A stretch of 64,000 bases of DNA from the human T2T-CHM13v2.0 reference genome, Homo sapiens (GCF_009914755.1 NC_060925.1); one strand, 5' to 3'. Shown: positions 26,551-40,614, numbered from the stretch's first letter. Notes: a model not told the origin generated them from the letters alone. Numbers and translations are program-made.

Positions 26551-29500
26551 GAGCAGAGCAAGGTGGCTGAATAGAGGCCTCCACTGATTATCTTCCCCAC
26601 AGGGACACCAAATTTTAACAAAAAACTACACACAAAAAGCACCATCATAAGAACCAATAATAAGGTGAGCAATCAAACTACCTGGTTTTAACTTCACATC
26701 ACTGAAAGAGGAACTGAAGAGGGTAAGAAAGATAGTCTTGAATTGCTGACACCACCCCTCCCCATCCCCCAGCAGTGGCCACATGGCACATAGAATCTGT
26801 GCACCTGGGGGAAGGAGAGCACAGCGACGGGCACTTGGCATTGAACTCAGTGCTGCCCTGTCACAGCGGAGAAAAAAGCCATACTGGGCTCAGCTAGCAC
26901 CAACCCACAGAATGAGCATTAGGACCAGCCCTAGGCAGAGGGAAATCACTCATCCCAGATGTTGGAAATTGAGTTTCTCAGCAAGCCTCACCACCATGGG
27001 CTAAAGTGTTCTGGAGTCCCAGGTAAACTTGAGAGGCAGTCTAGGACACAAGGACTATAATTCCCAGGAAAGTCCTAGTGCTAGGTTGGACTTAGAGCCA
27101 GTAGACGAGGGTGGCACATGACCTAGGAAGACACAAGCCAGGGCAGCTAAAGGAGAGTTTGTACCATTCCTTCCCCAACCCCAGGCAGCATAGCTGACAG
27201 CAATTAAAGTGACTCCTTCCTTCTGCTTGAGAAGAGGAGAGCAAAGAGTAAAGATGACTTTGTCTTGCATTTTAGATACCAGCTCAGCCATAACAGGATG
27301 GGGCACTGGGAAGAGTCAGGGGCCCTCATTCCAGGCACTAGCTCTTAAACATTTCTAGACGCACCCTGGACAAGAAGGGAACCTGCTGCCTTGAAGGGAA
27401 GGATCCAGTCCTAATAGGATCTATTACCTGCTGACTAAAGAGTGCTTGGGCCCCGAATAATCAACCGTGATACCCAGGTAGTATGTCATGGACCTTGGGT
27501 AAGATTCCGAGAAGTGCTGGCTTCACTTGATACCCAGCACATGCCCAGGTGTTGTGGCTATGGTGAAAGATTTCTCCTGTTTGAGAAAAGCAGAGGGAAA
27601 TGTAAAGGGGATTTTGTATTGCACCTAGGTACAGCTCAGCCACGGTTGGGAAGAGCACCTGGGAGGTTGACGCTGCAGTGTGCTGTGATCGCACCACTGC
27701 ACTCCAGCCTAGGTGAGAGAGTGAGACCCTGTCTCAAAAATAAATAAATAATAAATAACTAAAATGCTGAAGTAAAACATCCTTTACCCTAAAATAGTAT
27801 ATTCAGTGAAAATATCCTTCAAGCATAAAGGAGAAATAGTTTTTCAGACAAACAAAACCTAAGGCATTTCATCAACACCAGGTATGTCCTACAAAAAATG
27901 TCAACGGGACTTTGTCAATTTGAAAGAAAAGGAGATTAATGAGCAATAAAACAATTTTCTGAAAGCACAAAGCTCACTGGTAATAGTAAGTATACAGAAA
28001 AACACAGAATATCATATAACACTGTGTGGTATGTAAACTACTCTTATGTTAAGTAGAAAGACTAAATAATGAACCGATCAAAAATAATAACTACAACTTT
28101 TCAAGATATAGACTACAATAAGACATAAAAAGAAACAACAAAAACTTAAAAAGCAAAAAGTTAAAGCATAGAGCTTTTTTAGTTTTCTTTTTGCATATTT
28201 GTTTGTTTGTGTGATCAGTGTTAAGTTGTCATCAGTTTAAAATAATAGATTATAAGAGAGTATTTACAAGACTCATGACAACCTGAAATTGAATAATAGA
28301 TACAAAAAAGCAAAAAATTACCTCATATTACCAGGGAAAATTACTCTCACTAAAAGAAAGATAGGAAGGAAGGAAAGAAGAGAAGACTAGAAAACAAATA
28401 ACAAAATGGAAAAAGTAAGTTCTTACTTATCAGTAATAATCTAATCAGAAGACATAAATTGACTTAATGGATTTAAAAAACAAGACCCAAGATCTGTTGC
28501 AGAAACACAGTTCATCTATAAAGACATACATAGAATGAAAACAAAGGGATGGAAAAAGATATTCCATGCCAACAGAAACCTAAAAAGATCAGGAGTAGCT
28601 AAATTTATATCAGACAAAATAAATTTCAAGACAAGAACAGTAAGAAGAGAAAAATAGGTTGTTATATAATGACAAAGGGGTCAATTCAGCAAGATGATAT
28701 AACAATTGTAAACATATGCACCCAACACTGGTGCATATTATTATTTTAATAATATCATTATTAATAATATCTGGAGATTTTATACCCCATTTTAAACATT
28801 GGACAGATCTTCCAGGCAGAAAATTAATGATGAAATATTGAATTCAATTAGCACTATAAAATAAATGGACCTAATAGATATTTACAGAAAATTTAATCCA
28901 ACAGCTGCAGAATGCACATTCTTCTCTTCAGCACATAGATCACTCTCAAGGAGAGATCATATGTTAGGTAGCAAAACAAGTGTTAAAACATTCCAAAAAA
29001 AAATTGAGTTAATATCAACCATCTTCTCTTACCACAATGGAATAAAACCAAAAACCAATAACAGGAAGAATTTCAGAAACTATACAAACCATGGAAATTA
29101 AAAAACATGCTCCTAGATGACCATTGGGTCAATGAAAAAATTAAAAAGAAAATTGATAAAATTTTTGAAACAAATGATAATGGAAACATAACATACCAAA
29201 ACCTATGGGATACAGCAAAAGCAGTGCTAAGAGGGAAATTTAGACCTATTACTGCCTATATCAAAAAAGAAGGAAAACTTAAAAGAAATAACCGAATGAT
29301 GCATCTTAATGAACTAGTGAAGCAAGAGCAAACCAAACTCAAAATTAGTAGAAGAAAAGAAAATAAAGATTAGAGGAGAAATAATTGAAATTGAAGAAAG
29401 AAAAAAATACAAAAGATCAATGAAATGAACAGTTAACTTTTGAGAAAAGATAAATTAAATTGAAAAACCACTAGCCAGAATAAGAAAAAAACAGAAGACC

Positions 29501-32176
29501 CAAATAAATAAAATCAGAAGTGATAATGGAGACATTATAACTGACACTGCAGAAATTCAAAGGATCATTAGTGTTTACTGTCAGCAACTATATGCCAGTA
29601 ATCTGAAAAATCTAGAGGAAATGGAGAAACTTCTAGACACAAACAACTTACCAAGACTGAAACATGAAGAAATCCAAAACCTAAGCAGACCAGTAATAAG
29701 TAATAAGATCAAAGCCATAATAAAACTCTCCCAGTCAAGAAAAGCCTGGGACCTGGTGGCTTTACTGCTGAAATCTACCACACATTTAAAGAACTAATAC
29801 CAATCCTACTCAGATTATTTCAAACAATGGAAGGGAGAATATACTTCCAAATTCGTTCTATAAGGCCAGTATTACCCTAATACCAGAATCAGACAAAGAC
29901 ATGTCAAAAAAATAAAAATAAATAAATTACATGCCAAAATCTCTGGTGAATATTGATTCAAAAATCCTCAACTAATTACTAGCAAACCAAATTCAACAAC
30001 ATATTAAAAAGATCCTTCATCATAACCAAGTGAGATTTATCCCAGCAATGTAAGGATGTTTCAACATATGCAAATCAATCAGTGTGATACATCATATCAG
30101 CAGAATGAAGAATAAAAATCATATGATATTTTCAATTGATGCTGAAAAAATTATTTGATGAAATTCAGCATTCCTTCATGAAACTGGGTATAAAAGGAAC
30201 ATACTTCAACATAATAAAAGTCATATATGACAGACTCACAGGTAGTATTGTACCAAATGGGGGAAAACTGAAAGCCTTTCCTCTTAGCTCTGGAACACTA
30301 CAAGTACTTCAATATAGTACTAGAAGTTCTAGCTAGAGCAATCGCACAAGAGAAAGAAATAAAGGGCATCCAAATTGAAAAAGAAGAAGACATATTATCC
30401 TTGTTTGCACATAATATAATCTTGTATTTGGAAAAACCTGATGGCTTCAACAAAAAACTATTTGAACCAGCAAACAAATTCAGTAAAGTTGCAGGACACA
30501 AAGTCAACATACAATAATCAGTAGCATTTCTTATGCCAACAGTCAACAATCTGAAAAAGAAATCAAAATGTAATCCCATTTACAATAGCCACAAGTAAAA
30601 TTAAATACCTAGGAATTAACTTGACCAAAGCAGTGAAAAATCTCTATAAGGACAACTGTAAAACACTAATGAAAGAAATTGAAGAGGACATAAAACATTG
30701 AAAAGATATTCCATGTTCATTCATTGAATGAGTCAATATTGTTAAAATGTTCATACTATCCAGAGCAACCTACAGATTCAGGGCAATCCCTATCAAAACG
30801 TCAGGGACATTCTTCACGGAAACAGGGAAAACAATCCTAAAATGTATATGGAACCACAAAAGACACAGACTAGATAAAGCTATCCTGAGCAAAAAAGAAC
30901 AAAACTGGAGGAATCGCATTACCTGACTTCAAATTATACTACAGCACTATAGTAACCAAAACAGTATGGTACTGGCATAAAAACAGACTCACAGACCAAT
31001 GGAACAGACAACCCAGAAACAAATGCATACATCTACAGTGAACTTATTTTCAACACAAGTGCCAAGAACATACACTGGGGAAAAGACAGTCTCTTCAATA
31101 AATGGTGCTGAGAAAACTGGATATTCATATGCAGAAGAACAAAAGTAGACCCCATCAATTGCCATATACAAAATCAAATCAAAATAGATTAAAGACTTAA
31201 ACCTAAGACCTCTAACTATGAAACTACTACAAGAAAACATGTGTGAAATCCTCCAGGACATTATTCTGGGCAAAAAAATTTTTTAAGAATACCCCAAGAG
31301 CACAAGCAACCAAAGTAAAAATGGACAAATGGAATCACATCAAGTTAGAAAGCTTCTGCACAGCAAAGGAAACAATCAACAAAGTGATGAGACAACCCAC
31401 AGAGTGGGAGAAAATACTTGCAAATTACCCATCTGACAAGGGATTTGTAATCAGAATATATAAGGAGTTCCTAACAATTATATAGGAAAAAATCTAATAA
31501 TCCAATTAAAAATAGGCAAAAGATCTGAATAGACATTTCTCAAAAGAATACGTACAAACAGCAAACAGGCATATGAATAAGTGCTCAACATAATTGATCA
31601 TCAGAGAAATGCAAATCAAAACTACGAGATACCATCTCACCCCAATTAAATGGCTTATATTCAAAAGACAGGCAATAACAAATGCTGGCAAGGAGGTAGA
31701 GAAAAGAGAATGCTTCTACACTGTTGGTGGGAATGTAAATTAGTACAACCACTATAGATAACAGTTTGGAGGTTCCTCAAAAAACTAAAAACAGAGGTAG
31801 CTTATGATCCAGCAATCCCACTGCCGGTTATATACCCCAGAAAGGAAAGCAGTATAGCAAAGGAATACCTGCACTCCCATGTTTGTTGCCCCACTGTTCA
31901 CAATAGCCAAGATTTAGAAGCAATCTAAATGTCCATCAACATATGAATAGATAAAGAAAATGTGATATATATATATAGATACATATACACACGCACACAC
32001 ACAATGAAGTACTGTTCAGCCATTAAAAAACAATGAATGCTGCAGAGGATGGATACCCTATTTGTCATGTTGTGGTTATTACTCGTTTCCTGCCTGTATC
32101 AAAATGTCTCATGTATCCCATAAATATAAGCATCTACCATGTACCTACAAAAATTAAAAAATAAAATATATTTTTA
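26551..32176 (+). mobile_element. L1MA2/3-like LINE-1 with both termini and internal deletions; dead
   Basis: 5' end 'gagcagagcaaggtggctgaatag'; ORF2 relics MDLIDIYR... and TYQNLWDTAKAVLRGKF; L1MA-type 3' end 'gcctgtatcaaaatgtctcatgtatcccataaatata'. Degenerate TSD 'agattccaactgcccat' (26534-26550) and 'aaatcccaactgtcat' (32177-32192). Confidence 0.93.
27658..27760 (+). mobile_element. 3' fragment of an AluJ-like element at an L1 internal deletion junction
   Basis: 'cctgggaggttgacgctgcagtg...gagaccctgtctcaaaaataaataaat', with no left arm and no TSD. Confidence 0.9.
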
Positions 32177-33609
32177 AAATCCCAACTGTCATCTAGATTG
32201 GTAATCCTTTTGTTGCTAATCAGAAAATCATCATTCATCTCTCCTAGGCTTAAGCTTCAGGACTAAGAATATATACAAGTATATGAATTAGAGACACAGC
32301 AGATAGAAACTAGTTTGACTAGAAAATAGAAAAAAGCAGAAAATAACCAAGAAAATCCCAAGGGCCTGAAAGTTACAGGATTTTTTTTAAAATTCAGCCT
32401 TTTACAAAATTAAATAACATTGGTTTTCAGTACTCATCCACCTGCACCTTTTTCTTTCTTCCATTCCTTTTTATTTTTTCTTGTACTATAGTACTGATTT
32501 CAGCCTTGTATTAGTTCTTGCCTATCCTATCCTACCCTCCATTCTACAGTGATTTTAATGAGCCTTTCTCCATTTGTTAAGTGAATATAATGATAAAAAA
32601 GGCAAACAGTTTTCGTCCTCAAGTAGCTCATGCCTACACTTCCGATGCCCAATTTTCTATCCCTATTCATTAAATCATCCCACTGTTAAATTATAATTAT
32701 TCTCCCTATTTGCCTTTTCTACATTTTTTTTTCTGATTTTTATCTTATAGATACGGAGTATTTATAGAGTTCTATATATTTATCTATGGTTTTGCAACTC
32801 ACTGGTAAGTTGAAGGGGTTTGTTGAATATTTTACAAGAAAGTACTGTTTGGGGAAACTTAAAAATTTTTCTTCAAAGCTACTCTACTCACTAGACAAAT
32901 GATTATGGTTTATGGGTGATACCTAACCCTGGGCTTCTTTGAGTTGATAATATTTTGGAGAAGTATAAGGCATATTTTTTTTACAAAAATTACATTTGAT
33001 TTTAAAGTGCGTTTTGTAAGTTCCTCTCTTTTGGCAGAAAATTTGCCCTCCTAATTATGTTTACCTTAGGCTAATATTAAAATTGGTTTGCATTCCTTGG
33101 CATAAAAACTGCCTCAGGGAGAGGGCACAGAAAGAGGGACTTGACCCAGAAACATGCAGACAAGGGAGATATCTGCCCAGGGGTGCAGATTTAACCTAGA
33201 TAGTACAGCAAGTGGATAAGCCACAAACACGTAACCAAGAACTTGTCTCTAAAAAGTGAACTAGAAATCTTATTAAAACTTTTCATTCTTGCCAATTTTT
33301 CCTATTATTTTATTGTTTATACTTTTTCAGATAAAAATAACAAAAACTATTTCTTATTCTCAACTTTTTTATGTTATCATTTTCTCTTTGCTGCTTTAGA
33401 AAAAAAAAAATATTAGTTTTTGGTAATTCCAAAGCAGAAATAATTTAGTTTGCTTTATTTTAGTAGGAATTTTAGTTTTATTCTCTTTTTCTCATTTTGC
33501 TTGTGTGTTTTGATTCTAGCCTAGATGCATTTATACATATCTTGGATGGCATATTTTCCTCCTCTCATCATCATTAACTCTCTCTAAAAGGTAATAACAA
33601 TTGTAATTA

Positions 33610-33790
33610 AACGGCGCTTTATTCCAATGAGCTTCAAATGACTTATAGCCATTATGTTAGGTGTGGAAATACTATCTCTGTGAAGTAGGTAGGAGGCAAG
33701 TGGCAGTATTCTCATTTCACAAAAGGGAAAGTTATCTCATAGCGAGATTAAATAAATTGCTCAAGGTCACATAGAAAGCTATTGAAAAAG
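33610..33790 (-). mobile_element. MIR fragment
   Basis: 'attctcatttcacaaaagggaaa...gagattaaataaattgctcaaggtcacatag'. Confidence 0.7.
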
Positions 33791-34822
33791 GAAATTACTG
33801 TACATTCAAGCTACACAGCACATCTTCAGTTAGAAACTATTTCTTGAGTGTAAGCCATGTTGTATCTTATTAGCAATATACTTCATTGTTAATGGAAGTT
33901 TGATAAAGACTTCCATGGAACAGGCTTCCAAATATGTGGAAGTCAATAGTTACATAAAAAGATATACAAAGAAAGAAAATGTATTCTTCCTAGAATTTGA
34001 AAGATAATAGCAAGGACTTCATTGAGCTCCTATTATGTGTCAGTTGCTACATTCATAGTGAGATATAACTGTAAAGATTCAGACCCTGCCTCAAAGGACT
34101 TAAAATTTTTAAAATATAACTGATTTTTAAAGAGATAATTACATTTATGTATAAGAAAAGAAATAAATAAGGCTGTGTGATCATGCACTAAAAGGGTTCA
34201 AAATACCATGCTCTTTGAGTTCCCTGGTATATATTTCAGAGCTTTCTGATTTTCCCCTTATTACCCAGATCACATGGTTCACTAGTCATTGAAGTTACCT
34301 CTAACCCCTTTTTTGGGTGGCTACTTTTAATCCTCTAAAATATTATATTAAATGAGAACTAAATGGTAAAGACTGTCCAAATTACATATTTTTATTTAAA
34401 AAAGATTTTGTAACTCCTATGTAATATAATGGACATTTTTCATGGTAGATGAATAAGCTTTAGAGTTCAGATCTTTTTGACATCCAGTTTATAGATTTCA
34501 AGATGTTTCCACTTGACTGTACTTCTGTCCACATCAAGAATATAGGCTGAGTGTCCTCTCAACAATTATATTTTTATTGTCATATTCTAATACATTTATC
34601 ACTTAACATAAAGTGAGTATCTTCATCAATCTTAGCAATGTTACTTAAGTCTTTTGAAACATTCTTCGTTTCCCTAGTCACCACCCAACCACAGAGTAGC
34701 TTTCAGAAATCACTCACCTACCTCTTCATTGGTACTGCAGCTCACCATTTGGAGACACTGTCCCATATACTTTAGGCACAAGAGTGGGAATATTGCATGT
34801 GGAAATCATTAAAGATATTTTA

Positions 34823-35118
34823 GGCTGGGCATGGTGGCTCCTGCCTATAATCCCAACACTTTGGATGATGGTCAAGATGGGAAAATCACTTGAGCCCAGG
34901 AGTTTAAGACCAGCCTGGATAACAAAACAAGACCCCATCTCTATAAAAAAAAAAAGTTTTCAAAAATAGCTGGATGTGGTGGTGCATACTTCTATTCCTA
35001 GCTACTTGGGAGGCTGAGCTAAGAGGACTGTGCTGAGTCTAGGAGGTTGAGGCTGCAGTAAGCTATGGTTGTGCCATTTCACTCCAGCCTTGGCAACAGA
35101 GAGAGACCCTGTCTCAAA
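34823..35118 (+). mobile_element. AluJ
   Basis: 'cacttgagcccaggagtttaagacc' and 'ggaggttgaggctgcagtaagctatg'. Confidence 0.92.
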
Positions 35119-36201
35119 TATACATAGTTTAGTTGGCTAGAAAATCAGCACATTCCCAGGGCCTAAAAGACATCAAGCGTTTGAATATAAATCAAAATTT
35201 TAAAATATCTCTTCACTCTTCCATTGCTTTATAGTCATATGATTAGGAAGTGTACATTGGTTAGTGTGGATTTGTTTAGGGTTTTTTTCTATTTTTAAAC
35301 AAATTTTATTGTGTACACTTGAGGTGTACAACTTGATACTAAAGGATACATATAAATAGTAAAATTGTTACTATAGTGAGGCAAATGAACATATCCATCT
35401 GCCCACATGGTTATCCATTTTATGGTTTCTTGTTGTAAAGTTAAAATCTAGTCTTTTGTAGGAATCTCAATACAGTCATTGCCTATAGTCCTCATATTGT
35501 ACATTAGCACTATGTTCATTCTATATATCTTCTACTTTGTATCCTCTTGCCCAAACCAGTGTCCTGGAGAGTATCTCTGATGCTGTCTTGTAGTAGTTTC
35601 ATAGTCTTAGATTTAAGTCTTTAATCCATACCAATTTGATTTTTGTGTATGGTGGGAGATAAGAGCCTACTTTTGTTCTTCTACATACGAATATCCAGTT
35701 TTCTCTGCACCACTTATTGAAGAGACTGTCTTTTCCAGAGTGTACGTTCTCAGCACTTGTGTTGCAAATAAATTCACTGTAGATATATGTATTTATTTCT
35801 GGGTTGTCTGCTCCATTGGTCCGTGAGTCTGTTTTTATGCCAGTACCATGCTGTTTTAGTTACTATAGTGCTGTCATATAATTTGAAGTCAGGTAATGCG
35901 ATTCCTCCAATTTTGTTCTTTTTTCTCAGGATAGCTTTGGCTATTCTGGGTCCTTTGTGGATCCATATACATTTTAGCATTGTTTTTCCTGTTTCTGTAA
36001 AGAATGTCATTGGCATTTTGATAGGGATAACAATATTAATTTTTTCAGTGAAAGAATGTGGAGTATCTTTCAAATATTTTGTGTCCTCTTCAGTTTCTTT
36101 CATTAGTATTTTATAGTTTTCATTATGGAGATCTTTCACTTCTTTGGCTACGTTAATTCCTAAGTATTTAATTTTACTTGCAGCTACTGTAAATGGGATT
36201 A

Positions 36202-36535
36202 TTTTCTTTTCTTTTACTTGTGTGTGTGTGTGTGTGTGTCTGTGTGTGTGAGACAGGGTCTCACTTTGTCGCCCAGGCTGAAGTGCAGTGGTGTGTTCTC
36301 GGCTCACTGCTGCAACCTCTACCTTCCTGGTTCAAGGGATTCTCCTGCCTCAGCCTCCTGAGTAGCTGAGAGTACAGGCCCACACCACCATACTCAGCTA
36401 ACTTTTGTATTTTTTGGTAGAGATAGGGTTTCACCATGTTGGCCAGACTGGTCTTGAACTCTTGACCTCAAGTGATCCACACTCCTTAGCCTCCCAACAT
36501 GCTGGGATTCCAGGCATGGGCTACCACGCCTGGCC
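36202..36535 (-). mobile_element. AluS (Sz/Sx-like) with a (TG)n-converted tail, inside L1
   Basis: Full dimer; TSD-like 'tgggattatttt' and 'tgggaatacttt'. Confidence 0.93.
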
Positions 36536-38939
36536 TGGGAATACTTTTTTAATTTATTTTTTTAGATTGTTCGCTGTTGGCATATAGAAATGCCGCTGAT
36601 TATTGTATGTTGATTTTGTGTCCTGCAACTTTACTAAATTTGTTTGCCAATTCAAAAAGTTTTTGTTGAAGTCTTCAGGTTTCTCCAAATATAAGACCAT
36701 ATCATGTGCAAACAAGGATAATTTGTCTTCTTCCTTTCCAATTTGGATGACCTTCATTTCTTTCTCTTGTGCAATTGCTCTAGCTAGGACTTTTAGTACT
36801 ATGTTGAATAACAGTGGTGAAAGCGGGCATCCTTGTTGCATTCCAGAGCTAAGAGGAAAGGCTTTCAGTTTTTTGGCATTTGGTAAAACACTAACTGTGA
36901 GTCTGTCATATATGGCTTTTATTATGTTGAAGTATATTTATTCTACACCCAGTTTTTTGAGGGTTTTTATCATGGAGGGATGCTGAATTTTACGAGATGA
37001 TTTTTCAGCATCAATTGAAATGATCACATGGTTTTTTCCCTTCATTCTGTTGATATGATGTACCATATTGATTTCTTCTTTAACCCATTGGTTGTTCACA
37101 GAAGCATGTTACTGAATTTCCACATATTTGTGAATTTTCTCCAACTCTTCCTGTTATTGATTTTGAGTTTCATAACACTGTGGCCTGAATCGATATGATT
37201 TCAATCTTCTTAAATTTATTGACTTGTTTTGTGGCCTAACAGTTGGTTTATCCTGGAGAATGTTCCATATGTACTAGAGAAAAATGTGCATTCTGCTGCT
37301 TTGGGATGAAAAATTCTGTATATGTCTGTTTAGGTCAATTTGGTCTAAAGTGCAATACAAGTTCTGTATTTTCTTATTAATTTTTCTGTCTGATTGGTCT
37401 TTTAATTGTTGAAAGTAGAGTACTTAATTCCCCTTACTATTATTATATTGCTATCTATTTCTCATGTCCACTAATATTTGCTTTATGTATTTAGGTGCTC
37501 CCACGTAGGCTACAGATATATTTACAATTGTTATGTACTCTTGATGAATTGACCCCTTTATCATTAAATAAAACTTTTTTTGTCTCTTCTAACAGTTTTT
37601 GACTTAAAGTCTGTTTTATCAGATGTAAGTCGAGCTACCCTGATCTCTTTTGGTTACCAAATGCATGGAATATCTTCTTCTATTCAGCCTGTATCCTTAA
37701 AGGTAGGCTGGGTCTCTTATAGTCAGTATATAGTTGAACCTTGTTTTTGTATCCATTCTGTCACTCAGTGTCTTTTAGCTGAAAAATTTAATCCAATTAT
37801 ATTTAAGGTTATTATCAATACATAAGGAGGACTTACTGCTGCCATGTTGTTATTTGTTTTCTGGTTGTTTTGATATTCCTTTGTTCCTTTCTTTTTCTCT
37901 TGTTTTCTGCCTTTGTGACTTGATAATATTCTGTAGTGCTAAGCTTTGATACCTTGTTTTATTATTTGTATATCTGCTGTAGTTTTTTGTTTTGTTGCTA
38001 CCATTTGGCTCACGTAAAACATCTTATACTTATAATCAACTACTTGATGCTGATACCAGCTTAACTTCTGTTCCATACAAAAACTCTAGGCTTTTATTCA
38101 CCCCTCCCCATTTATGTTTTTGATATCACGATTTACATCTTATAGTGTGTATTCCTTAAAAACTTATTATGACTTTCATCATTTTTGACCATTTAACTTA
38201 CAAGTCTTCCATACTGGAAGTATGTATGATTTAAACACTGCTATTACAATATTGGAGTATGCTAGATATGACTTTGTATTTACCTCTACCAGTGCATTTT
38301 GCACTTTCATATTAATTCAGAGTAATAATTCTTATCCTTTCATTTCTGCTCAAAGAACTCCCTTAAGTAGTTCATGTAAGGTAGACCTAGTGGTGATGAA
38401 TTCCCTCAGCTTTTTGCTTGTCTCAAAAAGACTTTATTTCTTCTTCATTTCCGAAGAACAGTTTTGCTAAGTATATTATTATTGACTAGCAATATTTTTC
38501 TTTCAGCACTTTGAATGTATCATCCCATTCTCTCCTGGTTTGCAAGGTTTCTGCTGAGAAATCTGCTAATAGTCTAATAAGAATTCCCTTATATGTGACC
38601 TGACATTTCTCTCTTGCTGATTTAAAATTATTTCTCTGACTTTAACTTTTTACGGTTTGATTATAATGTGCCTTGGAGAATTTTTCTTGGGTTGAATCTC
38701 TTTGGGGACCTTTAAACTTCATGGATTTTGATGTCCATATATCTTCCAATACATGGGAATTTTTTCAAAAATTATTTCATTATATATGTTTATGTCCCTT
38801 TCAGTGTCTTTTCTCCTTTTGGAACTCCAATAATACAAATATTTGTTTGCTTAATGGTGTCTCATAAGCTGCATAGGTTGTCTTTACTCTTTTTCCTTCT
38901 TTTTTTTTCCTCCAACTGAGTCATTTAAAAAGACCTGCC

Positions 38940-39240
38940 TTTGGGCACAGTAGTTCATGCCTGTAATCTCAGCACTTTGGGAGGCCAAAGCAAGCAGATC
39001 ACTTGAGGCCAGGAGTTCGAGACCAGCCTGGCCAATATGGTGAAACCCCCTCTCTATTAGAAATAGAAAAATTAGCCATGCGTAGTGGTACATGCCTGTA
39101 ATCCCAGCTACTCGGGTGCTGAGGCAGGAGAATCACTTGAACCTGGGAGGCAGAGGTTGCAGTGAGCCAAGAGTAAGAAACACTACACTCCAGCCTATGC
39201 AATAGAGCAAGATTTAAAAACAAACAAACAAACAAAAAAA
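38940..39240 (+). mobile_element. AluS (Sz-like) inside L1
   Basis: 'gatcacttgaggccaggagttcgagacc'; TSD-like 'aaaaagacctgcctt' and 'aaaaaaccctgtctt'. Confidence 0.93.
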
Positions 39241-40256
39241 CCCTGTCTTCAAGTTCACTGATTCTTACTTCTGCTTAATCTGGTCAGCTGTTGAAGCTCT
39301 CCATTGCATTTTTTTAGCTTATTGATTGACCTATTCAAATGCAAGATTTCTGTCATATTCTTTTTTATATCTATCTGTTCTCTGAATTTCTCATTTAGAT
39401 TATAAATTATTTTTCTAATTTCATTGAAATGTCTCTCTGTATTCTCCTATATCACACTGAGTTTCCTTAAGATCATTATTTTCAGTTTTCTTCAGACAAT
39501 TCATAGATTTCTGTTTCTTTGGGATCAATTACTGGAAAATTATTGTGTTCCTTCAGTGGTGTCATGTTTTCTGACTTTTTCATGTTTTTGTGTGTGTCCC
39601 TATATTGATTGCGCATCTGGTGGAGCAGGCACAACTTCGAAACTGTACAGAATAGCTTTTGTAGGGGAAGATTTTCACCTGCAGATGTGACTAAAGCTGC
39701 TAGCTGAAGAGGGTACGTGGCCTTTGGTTTGGGAATGAGCACAATGGTATAGTCTCCATGCAGCTTTTTTGGTTGTGACCAATGTCAGCAATAACTGCAG
39801 GTGCCTCAGTGGTCTAGACTGTATGAGTTTGTGAAAGTAGTGATGGCAGTATAGGTTATTAGGTTTCTGGTGGCAAGGGATTTAGGGACCCTCCTTTTCT
39901 TGTCTTCCCAACATTGAGGAGTCTTATCTGAGAGAATCACTCTAGATGTTGGGTCCGACATGTCCCACCAGCAGCTGCAGCAGTTCTGGGATCCAGGGCA
40001 CAAGTGCTCAGAGCAGTTGTGGAGTCATGGTCCCGTGCTCAGAGTCTTGCAAAACTACTATAGCACCTGGGACTTGAGGTTCATGTTTACTCTTCATGGC
40101 ATAATTGGATTCATTTATCCCACAAACCTCTGTTGCTCAACAGCTCAGGCCCAGGGAGCAGGGATTTAGCTGTGGCTCTGACTCTGTGGGCCAGGACACT
40201 GGCATGGCTCCAAGAAGGGGTGCTCTGAAAGCTCAGGGCCTGGGGAGCATGGCACA

Positions 40257-40614
40257 TGTCTTAGTTCATTTTGTGTTGCTATAACCTAAAACCACAGACA
40301 GTACAAAAATTTATTCTCTCACAGTTCTGGAAGCTGGGAAGTTTAAGATCAAGACACTAGCATCTGATGTGGACCTTCTTACTATGTCCTCTCGTGGCAA
40401 AAGACAGAAAGGGAAGAAAGGATGAAGCTGAGTCCTCAGGTGTCAGAAGGGCAGAAAAGAGAGAACCCACTCCCACAAGTTCTTTTTATATCTGTATGAA
40501 TAATCTAATTATAACCTAAACACCTTCCATTAGACCCTGACCTCTAAACACTGTTGTATCAGGATTTAAGTTTCTACCACATGAATTTAGAGGGGATGCA
40601 TTTAAACCGTAACA
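40257..40614 (-). mobile_element. MST (MSTC/D-like) MaLR solo LTR in the L1 5' UTR
   Basis: TG...CA termini 'tgtcttagttcattttgtgttgctataac' and 'tttaaaccgtaaca'; 5-bp flanks gcaca/gtgca. Confidence 0.88.

Noticed and set aside
28865-31691. L1 ORF2 fragments as an active reverse transcriptase
   Set aside because: Fragmented frames, catalytic FADD mutated and ORF1 largely deleted.
31274-35546. Net inversion between the two inverted L1s
   Set aside because: The plus L1 retains matching TSD-like sequences and its own 3' end, and the minus L1 retains an older-type 3' end, so the exchange looks non-reciprocal.
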